This document shows positions 48,819 to 62,664 of a DNA stretch of 64,000 bases, piece by piece. Every line of letters starts with the position of its first letter. The stretch's first letter is position 1. Below the pieces are notes generated by a model, which made no database searches, was not told the DNA's origin, and worked only from the letters and a program-made list of their open reading frames with translations. The DNA lies in assembly GCF_006345805.1 (NCBI RefSeq), contig NC_043009.1, positions 55,986,001 to 56,050,000 on the forward strand. The letters are read 5' to 3'. Both the position numbers and the translations under genes were made by a program. Origin of the DNA: Octopus sinensis. Its lineage: Eukaryota.

Positions 48819-49130
48819 AATTCGAGACAAAACCACTATTTTGCAAAACAAACAAGGAAAACTTAATCAATCATAAATTTTTAATATAAAGAAATAAACG
48901 CCACTACAATCGTTTCATGTCTTCAATGACATTCGTCAGGGGGATTTTCGATCTCCTAATCTAATCTGTTTTAATTTTATGTATTGATTAAGTCTTTCCT
49001 TGTTTTTTGCAAAATAGTGGTTTTGTCTCGAATTATATTATATAATATTTTTACTATAAAATTGGATTTAATCCTAATCTGATTTTTCCCTGTAAAATTT
49101 GGATTTATTCCCTAATATCTATTATTATTA
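48815..49130. mobile_element. Second copy of the 48.4-kb fold-back element with the right-arm hammerhead deleted
   Basis: Same arms and tail. The minus-strand motif cccc-CTGACGA-atgtc-attgaa-gacat-GAAAC-gatt-GTA-gtgg lies at 48901-48943. Confidence 0.78.
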
Positions 49131-49499
49131 TATATATATATATATAATATATATATATATATTATAATATATTATATAATATATATATTTATATATACTA
49201 TAATATATAGAATATATAATATATTATATAATATATATAATATGATATATATATATATATAGTATAATATGTATATTATAAATATATATATATATATAAA
49301 GATATAAAAATATGTATATATATATATAGATTATATATAAATATATATATATATAATCTATATAAATATATATATATTATATATATATAATATATATATT
49401 ATATAATATTATATATATATATATATATAATTGTGATATATATATTATATATATTAATATATCAAAAATTCAATCAAATTTAAAAAAATGAAAAAGAAC

Positions 49500-49990
49500 G
49501 TAACAGGCGACAACAGGACATTCACACAGTAGGTGATACAAAAAAAGGACAAGAAAAAACAAGGACAGGTCAGTCGGAGCTTTCAATCTTCAGTCGGGAA
49601 GCAGATCGGCCGATTAACCTCGAGACTGCTCTAATCTGGCCGGCCCAAGGAAATCTAAGCTAAGAGCACTAGATTCTTTGGAAGAAAGCAAGCGAATGTA
49701 TACGAAAACAAAGACGGGGGGAAAATACAGAGAAGTGATACAGAATTACAAATACAAACAACAGGTGTCTTTCGACTAAGGACGAATTGAATTAAGCTGG
49801 CGTGTATGGAACTGAAGCATTTACGGGGGGAACATAGAAGATGGAAGTCATGGGAAGAAATAAAAGAGATATTACACGGATGGTAGTCGAACCAAGAAAG
49901 GTCAAGGTTGACCGAACACCGGTCTCGTGGAAGGGGAGGAGAGAGGTAGTGGGTAGAGGGAATGAAGAAGTAGCATAGACATAAGCTTTG
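49500..49990 (-). mobile_element. PLE-like pseudo-LTR fragment
   Basis: Homologous to 4860-5290 and 205-521, and adjacent to a long (AT)n tract. Confidence 0.6.
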
Positions 49991-50329
49991 TTTTGTTAAC
50001 TTCTCCAACTCCTCTAAGATTTTTTTTTTTTTTTTTTTTTTTGCTGGTTCGGAAAAACATTATCTCTTTAACACTTTTCAGTATTTTATTGTCTGGGGAG
50101 AGTCATTCTGTTTCAATGCCTTATTCACTTGCACACTTACCGGTTCGATTTTCACTCATTTACTTATTTATTTTTGCTAAACTTTTCGTTGCTTCTTGCT
50201 ACCTCTTCAATAGTAGTTTTTTTTTAAGTATGCAAAGTCAGAAATTGATTGCCCCTACATTTTCTTATACCAGCTAAAATGTCCCTCACCGGGTGAGCTT
50301 TCAGTCTACCTACCTCCCATGGACTATTG

Positions 50330-50700
50330 TACTCTTTTTACCTCTCTTTTACTGTTTCAATGTTTCAGTCATTTGACTGCGGCCATGCAAATGGAGCACC
50401 GCCTTTAGAGTCGAGCAATGACCCCGGAACTTATTCTTTGTAAGTCCAGTACTTATTCTATCGGTCTCTTTTGCCGAACCGCTAAGTGTCGGGGACGTAA
50501 ACACACCAGCATCGGTTGTCAAGCAATACATATATACGACAGGCTTCTTTCAGTTTCCGTCTACCAAATCCACTCACAAGGCATTGGTCGGCCCGGGGCT
50601 ATAGCAGAAGACACTTGCCCAAGATGCCACGCGGTGGGACTGAACCCGGAACCATGTGGTTGGTTAGCAAGCTACTTACCACACAGCCACTCCTGCGCCT
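50330..50700 (-). mobile_element. SINE family 1 with a deleted linker
   Basis: Head and both halves are present. Confidence 0.9.
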
Positions 50701-51272
50701 ATGGATCTTTGGCTGAAAGAAAGATCTCAAAACTGAAGAAGCTAAAAAACAAAAAGATATAGCATCAATAATTCCTTATTTGCAAAATTAATGTTATCAT
50801 ACGGAAATTTGGTGAGTCAAAACTACTGGTGAGTCAGTTCTACTGATTTTTAATGATTTGTCCTGTCTAAGATTTCACCTCGCCATGTCAATTCAAAACT
50901 ATGTTGGATTTTTTTATCATCTTTTGCTGGAAACCACTGGTTTTGTTTTGTTTTGTTTTTTTTACTATTCTGGCTTTGATTTTTACCTGTGTAATACATC
51001 ACTTCACTTAACTTTCGATCTTATTTTGCCACTTTTCTAACTTGAAATTATTATATGTGAAACTTTTAAAACGTCTCCTTAGTGAAAACGGTTATTAATT
51101 TTACTTCGCAAAATGTCACTTGACTTTTAAAAACCGTCAGGTAAAAATATTTAGTTGACTCATGCTTTAAAACAAGAACTTTTTCTTTATGGCGAAGGGA
51201 CTCAATATGAGGAAACTGAGTCTCACTTCACTTCCCATGGATTTTGTCAGAAAGGAAGGGATTTGGTCAGCA

Positions 51273-51945
51273 GTGGCGGATCGTGTATAGGCACTGCGGA
51301 ACTGCATCACCCCCTTTTTCCACGCGATATTATCTATAATATTCAATATAACTAGTCTTTTTTTTTTCTTTAATTCTTTCTTTATACATGTACATTATAT
51401 AATCCTTAAGCTCAATGTCAGTAGCCATCCCCTAGTTTATGAAAAAATACAAAAAAAACTTGTATAGAACTGTGCGCTTCACAGTTCCAGCGACGCGGTG
51501 TTTGGCTGTTGAGCGCATGCTCACATGTCCGCGATAGGAAGCTTCACGCTAGGCAGAGACAGTACTCAGTACCGGTGAAATGTAGTTTTTCTTATTGACT
51601 CCTCGTGTGTTAAGCTTAAAACGTATTTATATTCTCGAATGTAGTAAAGTGTAGAATTAGATTATTATCTTGCTTCTAGCCTCAGTGTTGCTGCCAGGAT
51701 TCGAAAAATAGAGCAGATTTCCCCCCCCCTTATTTTGTGATTGGGGAAGGGTTAAAAACAAGGGGGGAATTCGCAGCGGTGTTCAGTGAACAAATTAAAC
51801 ACGCTACCCTACAGTGGCTAAAACGCGAACCGATCAAGTTTATGTATAAATTTTCTTTTTATATGTTTCCTTTTATACGATATTAAAATAACGGTTAAGA
51901 ATTTTCTGAAGTATCACCCCCACTAATTTTATCTACGAGCTGAGT
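51273..51945. mobile_element. MITE with CAGTGGCGG-type termini
   Basis: Starts cagtggcggatc. The 3' 180 bp are homologous to 6387-6570. Confidence 0.5.
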
Positions 51946-52469
51946 CTAAATCAGAAAACCATATAGGTGCATGCATAGAAATTTACTTACATCAATATAG
52001 AAGATCACCAAGTGGCAGGTACTTATATTAATTGGCCTCTATTTATTGAACCGCTATGATACGGGGATAAATGGATACCGAATTCAAAACGATCTCGGGA
52101 AACTGGTGTGAACATAAACGGAGACAGGGATAAAACACACGCACACACACACACATGTTTGTGTATGTTTATAGACACATACATACATACATACATACAT
52201 ACATACATACATACATACATACATACATACATACATACATACACACATACACATTCAGTAGTTGATGTTAAAGATAGAAGAAATGGTTAAGATTTCGATT
52301 TTAAACTTTAAATGTAATTAAATTAGACACTTTATAAACAAGAATCCAGATGGGAAAAAATATGTACAGAATCAGCCGTGGGCGGTTCTGTGCACATTTT
52401 TCTAACTCAGATTCTTGTTTATAAAGTGTCTTAAATAATTAAATTTAATGTGCGTGTTTGTGCGCGCAT

Positions 52470-52539
<70 letters not shown>

Positions 52540-52541
52540 AC

Positions 52542-52586
<45 letters not shown>

Positions 52587-52596
52587 AAGGGAAGAC

Positions 52597-52689
<93 letters not shown>

Positions 52690-52690
52690 T
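52470..52690. repeat. (GA)n/(GACA)n/(GATA)n compound array
   Basis: Read directly from the sequence. Confidence 0.95.
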
Positions 52691-53787
52691 GATCAGCTGA
52701 AGAATCCATCATCCATTAGCCATTGCCAGGGTGACGGATTTTTGATGTGAGATAGATATTCTGGAATGATGAATCATCCGGGGGCAATACCTGGGATGTT
52801 AGTTCTTTATGTAGGGTCAGGAGGAGGTCAAAACACTGACACATTTCATTCACACGTCATCATCATTGCCGCCACCACCCATCACCATCACAACCACAAC
52901 CACCAATACCAACAACGCCCAGTTCAGCAACATCACCTCCAGCATCTCTACCTCCTTCGTTCCCACCCATCAGTCCCGAAGGTTCTAACGAGGGGTCAAA
53001 AGCGATACCCTTCTTTTCCTTCTGCTTGAGCCATTAAAAACAACGAATTCCTCACAGCCTTTAGAATCTCTCTTCCTCCTATTAATAATATCAATTAGAA
53101 AAAAAAAACATTAATTTCTGACTGTTAAGTAAATGACAAGATAGCAAAAAATATTTCAGTAAAACACCAAGTAATACTAATAACACCAAATTCGAAATAA
53201 GGAGATAGACTGACAAGAGATAGAGATAGCATATTACAAAAATATACAATCTGGTGTTTATACGATCAAATAACCTGAGCTAAGCTTAAAAAATAAACAA
53301 CCAAGGTGTTTTTATTTATTATTTTTTGTTACATACTGTGAAGTGCTATATACATACATTCATACATACATACACATACATACACACATATATATATATA
53401 TATGTAGTATGTATGTATGTATGTATGTATATACTGAAAAGAGTTATGAACAAAATAAAATTTTGGAAAAAAGGGTATACATAAAATATACATTAACTGA
53501 TATACTAAACAAATAGGAGATATACAAATTTAAAGAGATACACAGGAATAGATATTCAGAAATAAATGGGGTAGACAGAAATAAATGGCTTATACCAAAA
53601 ATTAAAATAAATAAATAAATAAATAAAGAGCTATACAAAAACAAATATATATGGTATATACAAAAATTCAAATGCTCATCTAATTAAAGATAATTTTAAT
53701 GCTAGTTCAGTGATTGCTACACACACACATACACATGTATACATATATACATACACATAGATGTGTGTGTGTGTATACACACATACA

Positions 53788-53821
<34 letters not shown>

Positions 53822-53994
53822 ATTTCCTACTTCTAACTAAACAGGATCGTCATGGGAGATATCTTGTTGAGTCGATGACTTCTCAGGAATTTCACGAAAT
53901 TCTTTCCAAATAAACATGTTAAATTTAGTCAATAAACTGTTTACTCGTGCCATCTATAACTTTCTGTCTGTCTATATATATATATTATATATAT

Positions 53995-54039
<45 letters not shown>

Positions 54040-54079
54040 ATATATATATCTGTTTGTTGTATATATATCAGATTCTCCC

Positions 54080-54116
<37 letters not shown>

Positions 54117-54344
54117 GCATTCCCTATGTAGTAAGAAGTTTGCTCCCTAACCATATGGTTTTGGGTTCAGTCCCTCTGCACTGCTCCTTGGGCAAGCTCC
54201 TGACCGCCCAAAGCCTTGTGAGTAGATTTGGTAGCCGGAAAGTGAACGGAGCACATATATTAGATTGGATTGGAAAGTCTTGTTGCATTTCAAAATGAGA
54301 AAGAAACAAATGCTTCTTTGGTTTTAATTGATATATTCAAATAA

Positions 54345-54625
54345 GATAATATTTCCCCGCATTACTGATAGCATAAACCTATCTATTGGCAAATAGTTGA
54401 TCTCCCGGAACCGTAAAATTTTTCAAGTTTCGTAGTAAAGAAACACTCAATTACAGTTTTCACCTGTTCACAATTAGTAAACTGCTTTCCCAGTAAATAA
54501 TCTTGCAATGATCTGAAAAGATGATAGTCAAATGGGACGAGGAACATATTTAGTATCATAATCTTTGTCTGGGTGGTGTGAGGACCATGCAGTCTTTCGT
54601 TATCGTGTATGAGCAGCCTTCTTTA
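54345..54625 (-). pseudogene. Mariner transposase C-terminal remnant
   Basis: LIHDNERLH...PFDYHLFRSLQDYLLGKQFTNCEQVKTVIECFF..K..FY..G resembles mariner HDNARPH...PSDYHLFRSLQ..L.GK.F. Confidence 0.75.
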
Positions 54626-54789
54626 TGATTAACCAATGGTGAGCGTTTCTGCAAATTTTAGGTTCACAGTACACAGTGGAATATATGAAAAAAATTTTAA
54701 AGCTGTCAAAGTATTAATAAAACAATAATTATGAAAAATATATGAAGAGTACATAAAATCTTGAGATTTAAGGACATAAGATATATAAA

Positions 54790-54978
54790 ATATATCAAAT
54801 TTGGGGGAAGGGATTACGTCGATTACATCGGCCCCAGTGTGTAACTGGTACCTATATAGTCGGCCCCGAAAGGATGAAAGGCAAAGTCGACCGAGGCGAA
54901 ATTTGAACTCAGAACGTAGTGACAGACTGCTAAGCATTTCGCCCGGCATGCTAACGATTCTGCCAGCTCATCGCCTTT
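54790..54978 (-). mobile_element. SINE family 2
   Basis: Core and head recognisable. Confidence 0.8.
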
Positions 54979-55664
54979 GAGAAAGAGAGCAGAATTATAA
55001 TAAAAGCTATAATAAAAAATTATATAAAAAAGAAATACTAAATTTTTTTTTAAATTAAGATGCTATACTAGGATATATAAAAAGCAGAACATTAGTTAAT
55101 TATTAATACTAAATGGAAAAAGGCTTAAGTATACCGGGTTATAACAGATAAAACAGAATTAAAATTATCATTAGAAATAAGTTAAGAAAATATATTTAAA
55201 ACACAACGAAGAATAAGGACTGAAGGATGGTAGTAACAGATCATAGAAAGTATATTTTATAATTAGGGGAGTATGTATGTATGTATATATGTGTGAGTGT
55301 GTGTGACCCGAACTGGTTTCGACCCTTGAAATAGTACTTCATAAGTGAGTGTACACTATTCTTTAAATGTCCACGAACAGACTTTCATAAATGCATCACT
55401 AGTAAGCGCCTTAGTAAATTGAATGGCCTAAAGCAGAAACACATGTTATCTCCAAACAATAAATTTATCTATTCCTCTGATAGGATATAAGTTGTGGAAA
55501 ATCCTTGAGCCTGGTGATTATCTCCCCTTGTCATATAGAGCCGGTCTTAGTTGCCATTTGGTAACTGTCACACATCAACTAGAGACGGAAATAATTTTAA
55601 TAAATTACGGATGGTGTATAGTATTTAATACACTGTGTTTGTCTATGCATTATATGTATGTATG

Positions 55665-55722
<58 letters not shown>

Positions 55723-56240
55723 CCGTCGTTGATCGGGTAATTACTTTTACTGTTTCTCGGGAGCCACATTCAAAGTATTATATATATATATAATTTACTC
55801 AACCTGTATGTCTGCATTTTTATAGGAGAAAAATATTTAATAATTGAAGTAGAAAAAAGAGTAATTTCATACATGAACTTTTGTATTATATAACAATAAT
55901 AAATGAGCTGTATATGTTATTTTATTCATTAACACAGTAATGGCAATTATATAACACATACATAAAACTGCTTACAATAATAGAGATTAATGTACAATTT
56001 CTTCTATGTTCATATTTCTCGGTTTACAATATTGAAAAAAATATGTCAGCAAAGAAAAGATGTACTCTCTCCAGAAACTGGTATAACTGGTATGCAAGGA
56101 ACGAAGACGGTGACACTTTTACCACAAACAGTGAGAATATTTGCCTCAATGCAGTTCCTTATAGGCTTGTGCACAATTAGTGTTGCACCATTGTATAAGT
56201 TTTGTTGAGACAAATTAGGCAATAGTATAATAGGAAATAT

Positions 56241-56461
56241 AGAAAAAGCATAATAGCTTCTCTTGAACCAGTTACTTTCATTTTGGTGGACAAACAAACG
56301 AACAAACATATAAACGGACAGAATGTCTCTTTTATATATATAGATAAGATATAGATAAGATAACAAGAAAAGGGATAATAGGTTCCCTTGAACCATATAC
56401 TTTCATTTTGGAGGACAAACAAACGAACAGAATGTCTCTTTTATATGTAGAGATAACCTCT

Positions 56462-56533
<72 letters not shown>

Positions 56534-56645
56534 AAGATAAGAAGAAAAGCATAATGGTTTCCCTTGAACTATTTACTTTCATCTTGGAGGACAAACAAAC
56601 GAACAAGCACACAAACGGATAGAATCTCTCTTTTATATATATAGA
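56241..56645 (-). repeat. Three tandem ~100-bp units resembling Helitron 5' termini
   Basis: Units end in (or in a variant of) tctcttttatatatatagat, so the minus strand starts aTCTATATATATAAAA. Each contains (gttt)-like repeats. Confidence 0.5.
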
Positions 56646-57034
56646 TATAAAATGTGTGTGCGTGTGTCACACACGCGCATACGCCCCCACACACACACAC
56701 GCACACACAATTCTTTCTACTAAAACCACTCGAAGTGGGTAGTCAATAACATCGATCCCAGTGCTCAATTGCTACTTATTTCATCGACTCCAAAAGGATG
56801 AAAGACAAAATCGACTTCGAAGGCATTTGAACTCAGAAAGTAAAAGCATGCCACATATTTTACTGTTAATTTGATTTCAGTAGGTTCCGTTAAACCTTGT
56901 GGTGTGCGACCGGTTGCTATGATAAGAAAAATTCTCCACAAATGGTTTTAATACAGTTTTGACAGAAGGATTTGGAAGAGTTGGAAGTGGGTTCTCCGGT
57001 GATTTTCTTTCATGTAAATGAATTCTATTATTTT

Positions 57035-57670
57035 ATTCTTTTACTTGTTTCAATCACTTGACTGCAGCCATGCTGGAGCACCGCCTTTAGTCGAACAAAT
57101 CAATCCCAGGACTTATTTTTTGTAAGCCTAGGACTTATTCTACCGGTCTGTTTTGCCGAACCGCTAAGTCATGGGGACATAAGCACACTAATATCGGTTG
57201 TCAAGCGATGGTGAGGGGGACAAACACAGATACATAAACATACACACAAATATATATAATAATATAAATAATATATAAATATATGCATATATAATTACAT
57301 ATATGTACATACCTACATATACTTGTATATATACATGCATATATGGGTACAGGACACAATGAAAAACGTTGAACACAATGAGAAACGAAAACATAAAAAC
57401 AAAAACAGAAACGAACTTTTTTTCGAACAACGAAAAAAACAAACAGAGAAACGCGACATGCAACATAAAGAATATTCCCCTCCTTCAGTTGTCCGTTTGA
57501 ACTATTCCATACGACGGGTTTCTTGTAGTTTCCGTCTACCAAATCCACTCACAAGGCTTTGGTCGGCCCGAGGCTATAGTAGAAGACACTTGCCCAAGAT
57601 GCCACGCAGTAGGACTGAACCCGGAACCATGTGGCTGGGAACCAATCTTCTTACCACACAACCACTCCTG
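57035..57670 (-). mobile_element. SINE family 1 with a ~215-bp insert (57290-57505) in its linker
   Basis: The SINE halves flank the insert, which is homologous to 16670-16915 and 29830-30070. Confidence 0.8.
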
Positions 57671-58149
57671 CACCTGTTTATAGTAATTTAAAAATTTGCC
57701 AGCAAAATCTTATAAAATGACAATGTTCCAAAAGATGTACATTGTTTACATGTTATATACGAAAATAAAATGTCATTTGATAATCAAGTTACTGGTATTG
57801 TGTATTATCGTTCTACTTTACTCATTGGTATATAACTAAGGATTATGAACATTTTTAGTCGACGTTGTCTGTTTTAAACATATGCAAATCAGTCTATTCT
57901 GTTTGTTTCAACCGTTAGTAGTGATTGGCCTACAAGCAAAGTGTTCGAGAACAGTTTAAGTGGGTATAGAATAGCTAATGAAATCCGAGATGTAGAATTG
58001 AAAACGTTTCAGTTATTTTCCTGATTGTGATTATTATCGCATATTCAAACTAGTGCACGTGGCGAAAAGAATACATAGTAATATTCTGCAGTAATGATGC
58101 AAAATACTGTTCAAAAACATATAGTAGTCTATTAATGGTTTCAACTAGA

Positions 58150-58540
58150 TACTGTGGTTCTGGGTTCGGTCCCACTGCGTGGCACCTTGGGCAAGTATCT
58201 TCTACTATAGCCTCGAGCCGACCAATGCCTTGTGAGTTGATTTGGTAGACGGAAACTGAAAGAAGCCCGTCGTGTACATGTGTATATATTTATTTGTTTG
58301 TCTTCGCGTCTGTCTTTGTCAACCCCCACCCCCCGCTATCACCGCTTGACAACCGGTGTTGATGTGTTTACGTCCACGTAGCTTAGCGGTTCGGCAAAAG
58401 AAACCGATAGAATAAGTACTAGGCTTTAAAAAAATAAATCCTTGGGGTGATTTGTTCGACTAAAACACCGCAAGTCAGTGCTCCAGCATGGCCGCAATCA
58501 AATGACTGAAACGGGTGAAAGAATAAAAGAAAGAATAAAA
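58150..58540 (+). mobile_element. SINE family 1, 5'-truncated
   Basis: Homologous body. Confidence 0.85.
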
Positions 58541-58984
58541 ACGGTAGCGCGAAACCTCTAACTTACGTCTGTAACAGTTCTTTCAAACTTGTTTATTTCT
58601 GATCAGAAAGAAAATTATAAAAGATAGAATTACTCTGTTGTATAAAACTAGTGGTAAACAACATTTCCTCGACCCACCTTTTTCTTTCCACCCCCCCCCT
58701 TTTTTTTTGTTCTTTCTTAATTCTTCAATATACCGAGGAAACACTTTACTGAAAGAATCCATGAAATTGAACTGTAAGGATTCATAAGGACAGTGATCCA
58801 GTTTCCATGGCGTGTAAGTGACTGGGATCACATTTCCCCCTGAATAGGATGCTAGTCCGTCGCAGAGTCACTTATTTACAGCTGAACGGACTGGAGCAGC
58901 ATGAAATGAAGTGTTTTGCTCAAGAACACAACACACGACCTTGCCATCGTGAATGCAGCAATCTAACCACCAGGCTACGCGCCT

Positions 58985-59150
58985 TCTCAGATAAAGTCAT
59001 TGAGGAACGAAAGTTACTGACTGAAAATCAATACGGATTCAAATCGAACAGATTGGTCTCTTAACTGAAGAAATTACTACGCATCAGAAAAATCTATAGG
59101 CGCTTTTTCTCTCGATTTCTGAATTATTTGATAAATTAAAACGGTATCAG
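58985..59150 (+). pseudogene. Highly decayed LINE RT fragment
   Basis: LLTENQYGFKSNR...LDF resembles the QFGFR..RS...LDF.KAFD motifs. Confidence 0.35.
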
Positions 59151-59159
59151 ATGGGTCGA

Positions 59160-59745
59160 GCGTAGTAATGGTTTCAAATTTTGGTACAATGCCAGGAACT
59201 ACGGGGGAAGGTGGGATTTAAGTCGATTACATTAAGTCGACCTCGGCGGCATTCGAACTCAGAACGTAAAGATGGACAGTATCAGGTTAATATTGGTTTC
59301 AAATTTTGGCACAAGGACAGCAATTTCGGAGAGGGAATAAGTCGATTTTCCATCGATCCCAGAGCTTGACTGGCACTTATTTTATCGACCCAGAAAGGAT
59401 AAAAGGCAAAGTCGACCTCAGCGGAATTTGAACTTAGAACGCAAACACAGACAAAATGCCGCGAAGCAATTTTGTCCGGCGTGCTAACGATTCTACCACC
59501 TAGCTGCCTTCAAGAACCGGGTTAATATTCTTTTTTACTCTAGGCACTAGACCCGAAATTCTGGGAGAGAGGGCCAGTCGATTAGATCGACTCCAGTACG
59601 CAACAGTTACTTAATTTATCGACCGCGAAAGGATGAAAAGCAAAGTCGACCTTGATGGAATTTGAACTCAGAACGTAAAGACAAACAAAATACTGATAAG
59701 CATTTCGCCCGGCGTGCTAACGGTTCTGCCAGCTCGCTGCCTTAA
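59160..59745 (-). mobile_element. Cluster of 3-4 tandem SINE family 2 pieces
   Basis: Repeated aaagtcgacct...gaactcagaacgtaaa units. Confidence 0.75.
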
Positions 59746-60204
59746 GAACTGGATTTAATATTAAAAACAAAACGTTCTTCCACGGACAAAAATGGGGTTA
59801 TAAAATGTAAGTTTAATCTAAAGTAAGTTCGTGCCTGTATTATTAAGAAGAATATGTGTATTTCAGTATGGAATGAGTTAATTGCATGATTCGATTTTGG
59901 AACTAAAACAAACCATTCTATAAACTCACTCCACAAATACACATATTCTTCATAACGCTACGAACACAGAGTTTCTTTGTATTAAACCCTTCTCTCAAAT
60001 TATAACCTCATTCATTTTGCGGGAGTTTTGTACAAATAATATTCAATTCAAAAACATTTGCAAAAACTGTTTTTAAGAGGTATTGGGTTAAGGAAAGAAC
60101 TGAGATAACTGTTTTATTGACGCCGGATAGATATACATATATAGAACTGGTAATATTATGTTTTGAAATGATAATGGGTTGTGCATAAAATTAGGATGTT
60201 TAAA

Positions 60205-60410
60205 TATTCTTTTCTACTCTAGGCACAAGACCCGAAATTTTGGGGGATGGGTCCAGTTGATTAGATCGATACCAGTACGAAACTGGTACTTAATTTATCG
60301 GCCCCGAAAAGAAAAAAAGGCAAAGTATTTGAACTCAGAACGTAAAGACAGACGAAATACTGCTAAGATTTCGCCCGGCATGCTAACGTTTCTGCCAGTT
60401 CGCTGCCTTG
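60205..60410 (-). mobile_element. SINE family 2
   Basis: Homologous, with an internal deletion. Confidence 0.75.
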
Positions 60411-61577
60411 GGATGTTTATATATTATAATGGGTTGTGTATAGGATTGGTGTAAGTGTTTGTAAACTGTATATATAAGTTAATGGATAAATGATTGAAAA
60501 AGAAGTAGGAATAAATTTATGCTTTTTCTTCCTGCTTCTTTTTTTCATAGTATTTGATCCATATGGTTTTTGAAAATGTAAATGTTAACTCTGTTTTATA
60601 GATGTTTGTTAATTTCATTTTGTTCTAATTTTTGTTTGTTTCGTTTTTATCTGGTTTAGTTCTACATGTTCAAAAAAAAAGCACGAGAAACTTCCAAATA
60701 AAAATAGCTTATATTACATGTGCTATACCCACTTTTTTTTTTTTGCCTTTTTTCTTCACTGGTGTTTTACCTAAATGTTAATTACCTGGCTTCCTTCTTT
60801 CTTCTTGCCTGCTCATTAGTTTCTCTCTGCCAATTGGGATTATCAATAGTCTTGGAGGAATTAATTGAGACGCTTATATAAAGCTTGTAGATATTTTTTA
60901 AGCAAGCAGCAGGCCAATAGTTTCCTGCCAAGTGGGTGTTTATACATTCTTGGCTGCAAAATTTGTGCTTGCTGCTATGTATGTCAAGCCAATCCTTGTG
61001 TCAATTTGACCAGCAATACTTTTAAATATGGCCGTCATTGACTCTCTGTAGAACGCCAACATCTTGTATCAGCACCCAAGTATTAAGTCTCTAGACACTT
61101 TCTCCACTTGTAACTTGAATGAAAAATTCAGAGTTTATGGTGAAAGCTTTGCTGTTGCTGTTCATACAGAATTGCTTCCTTATTTATCATGATATATTAA
61201 AAGTTGAAACCCTTCTTTTCATTCCATATTCTTGTCCAAAAATGATTTAAGAACTTCAGGATGAGCTCTTTTTCTCTGCCATACAGCAAGTGTGGTGGCA
61301 GTAAAATTGTGGTGGATGGCAGCTCGTTAAAGTAGATGTTTTTTTTTTTTCCTTTTTTTATATGTCAACAGATGTGCTGCTTCTTTCTTGCAGACTTCAC
61401 CTCCAAGATTTGAGTTCACGTCATCAGGCGGATATTTCGGCAATTGACGTTACATGCAATCAATCGTGTTTATCCTGGTTGTGACGTGTTTATGCTGTCC
61501 GTGTGTTTATTTCAGTTTTCTGTTGTGATATGAGAATTGCATCCATAATTAATTGTCTATTTTGTGGGGAAGAAATA

Positions 61578-61808
61578 TGGCGGCTAGCTGGCAGAAACGT
61601 TAGCATGCCGGGCGAAATGCTTAGCGGTATTTCGTCTGTCGCTACGTTCTGAGTTCAAATTCCGCCGAGGTCCACTTTGCCTTTCATCCTTTCGGGGTCG
61701 ATTAAATAAGTACCAGTTACGCACTGGGCTCGATATAATCGACTTAATCCGTTTGTCTGTCCTTGCTTGTCCTCTCTGTGTTTAGCCCCTTGTGGGTAGT
61801 AAATAAAT
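61578..61808 (+). mobile_element. SINE family 2, full length
   Basis: Near-identical to 3872-4090. Confidence 0.9.
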
Positions 61809-61985
61809 AGTATGGGTGTATTGTTCATTATTATTTTTCCACTTTAACTTTGTGTTGTGTAGTTACAATTGTTCCTTGTTGTAAATGTATGGCGAGCCTA
61901 CGAGAGAGTGTTGTGCTCGTTTAGCCATTGTGACAATTAGAAACCGAGAAGTTTACAATCTTCACTTTTACAAACTGTAAATAAG

Positions 61986-62054
61986 AACATAATTTATAAA
62001 TTCACGTGTAAGGGTGAAAGTTGTAAACTTCACGATTCTGACTGTTACATTTGA
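61986..62054 (+). pseudogene. Possible GIY-YIG endonuclease remnant of a Penelope-like element
   Basis: NIIYKFTCKGESCKLHDSDCYI* resembles PLE N(V/I)IYKFTC..C....YIG. The match is short. Confidence 0.4.
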
Positions 62055-62664
62055 CCACAATAACTCAATATAATATTGTTGTATCTCTTTAGTGTCGTAC
62101 ATCTGCTGAGGAACAGTAATTGTAATGTTACATCACTTCAATGATGGTTCATTGTTGGGGAGGAGTAACTACTGTACAAACCTGTAATAACTATAAAGGA
62201 GTATGTCATATCTTTAACTTGATTTGAGAGTATAGTTGAAGACATTTGTTCAAAGTACTGCGCCGTGGGACGAAATCCAAAGCCATGTGGTTGCAAAGCC
62301 AGCTACATCTGTGAAGTCAATGTCGAAAAGGAGTAACTTCAACGTGGTACCAATTCGGTGACCTGATAAAAAAATTCTTTCGAATGCTTTAGTAAATTAA
62401 GTAATAAATGATGTCCAATTATAACATTAGCAGAATATATCTTAATTAAATCATTAGTGAGGTGCAACTGTAGTGGAAGTGGGGCAGTAGTGCGTTTATA
62501 GCTGAAACTAAGTATGACGGTGGTGGCGCTGGTGGTGAAGATGGTATTGGTGTCTTTATCTTTTTTATCTTTTACGTGTTTCCGTCATTGGACAGCGACT
62601 ATGCTGGAGCACAGCTTTATAGAATTTTTAATCGACGCCAGTACCTATTATTGTTATTAGTATT

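Noticed and set aside
56880-57020. Unique segment open on both strands (RKSPENPLPTLPNPSVKTVLKPFVENF... on the minus strand)
   Set aside because: It has no recognisable homology or clear splice sites, so it cannot be supported as an exon.
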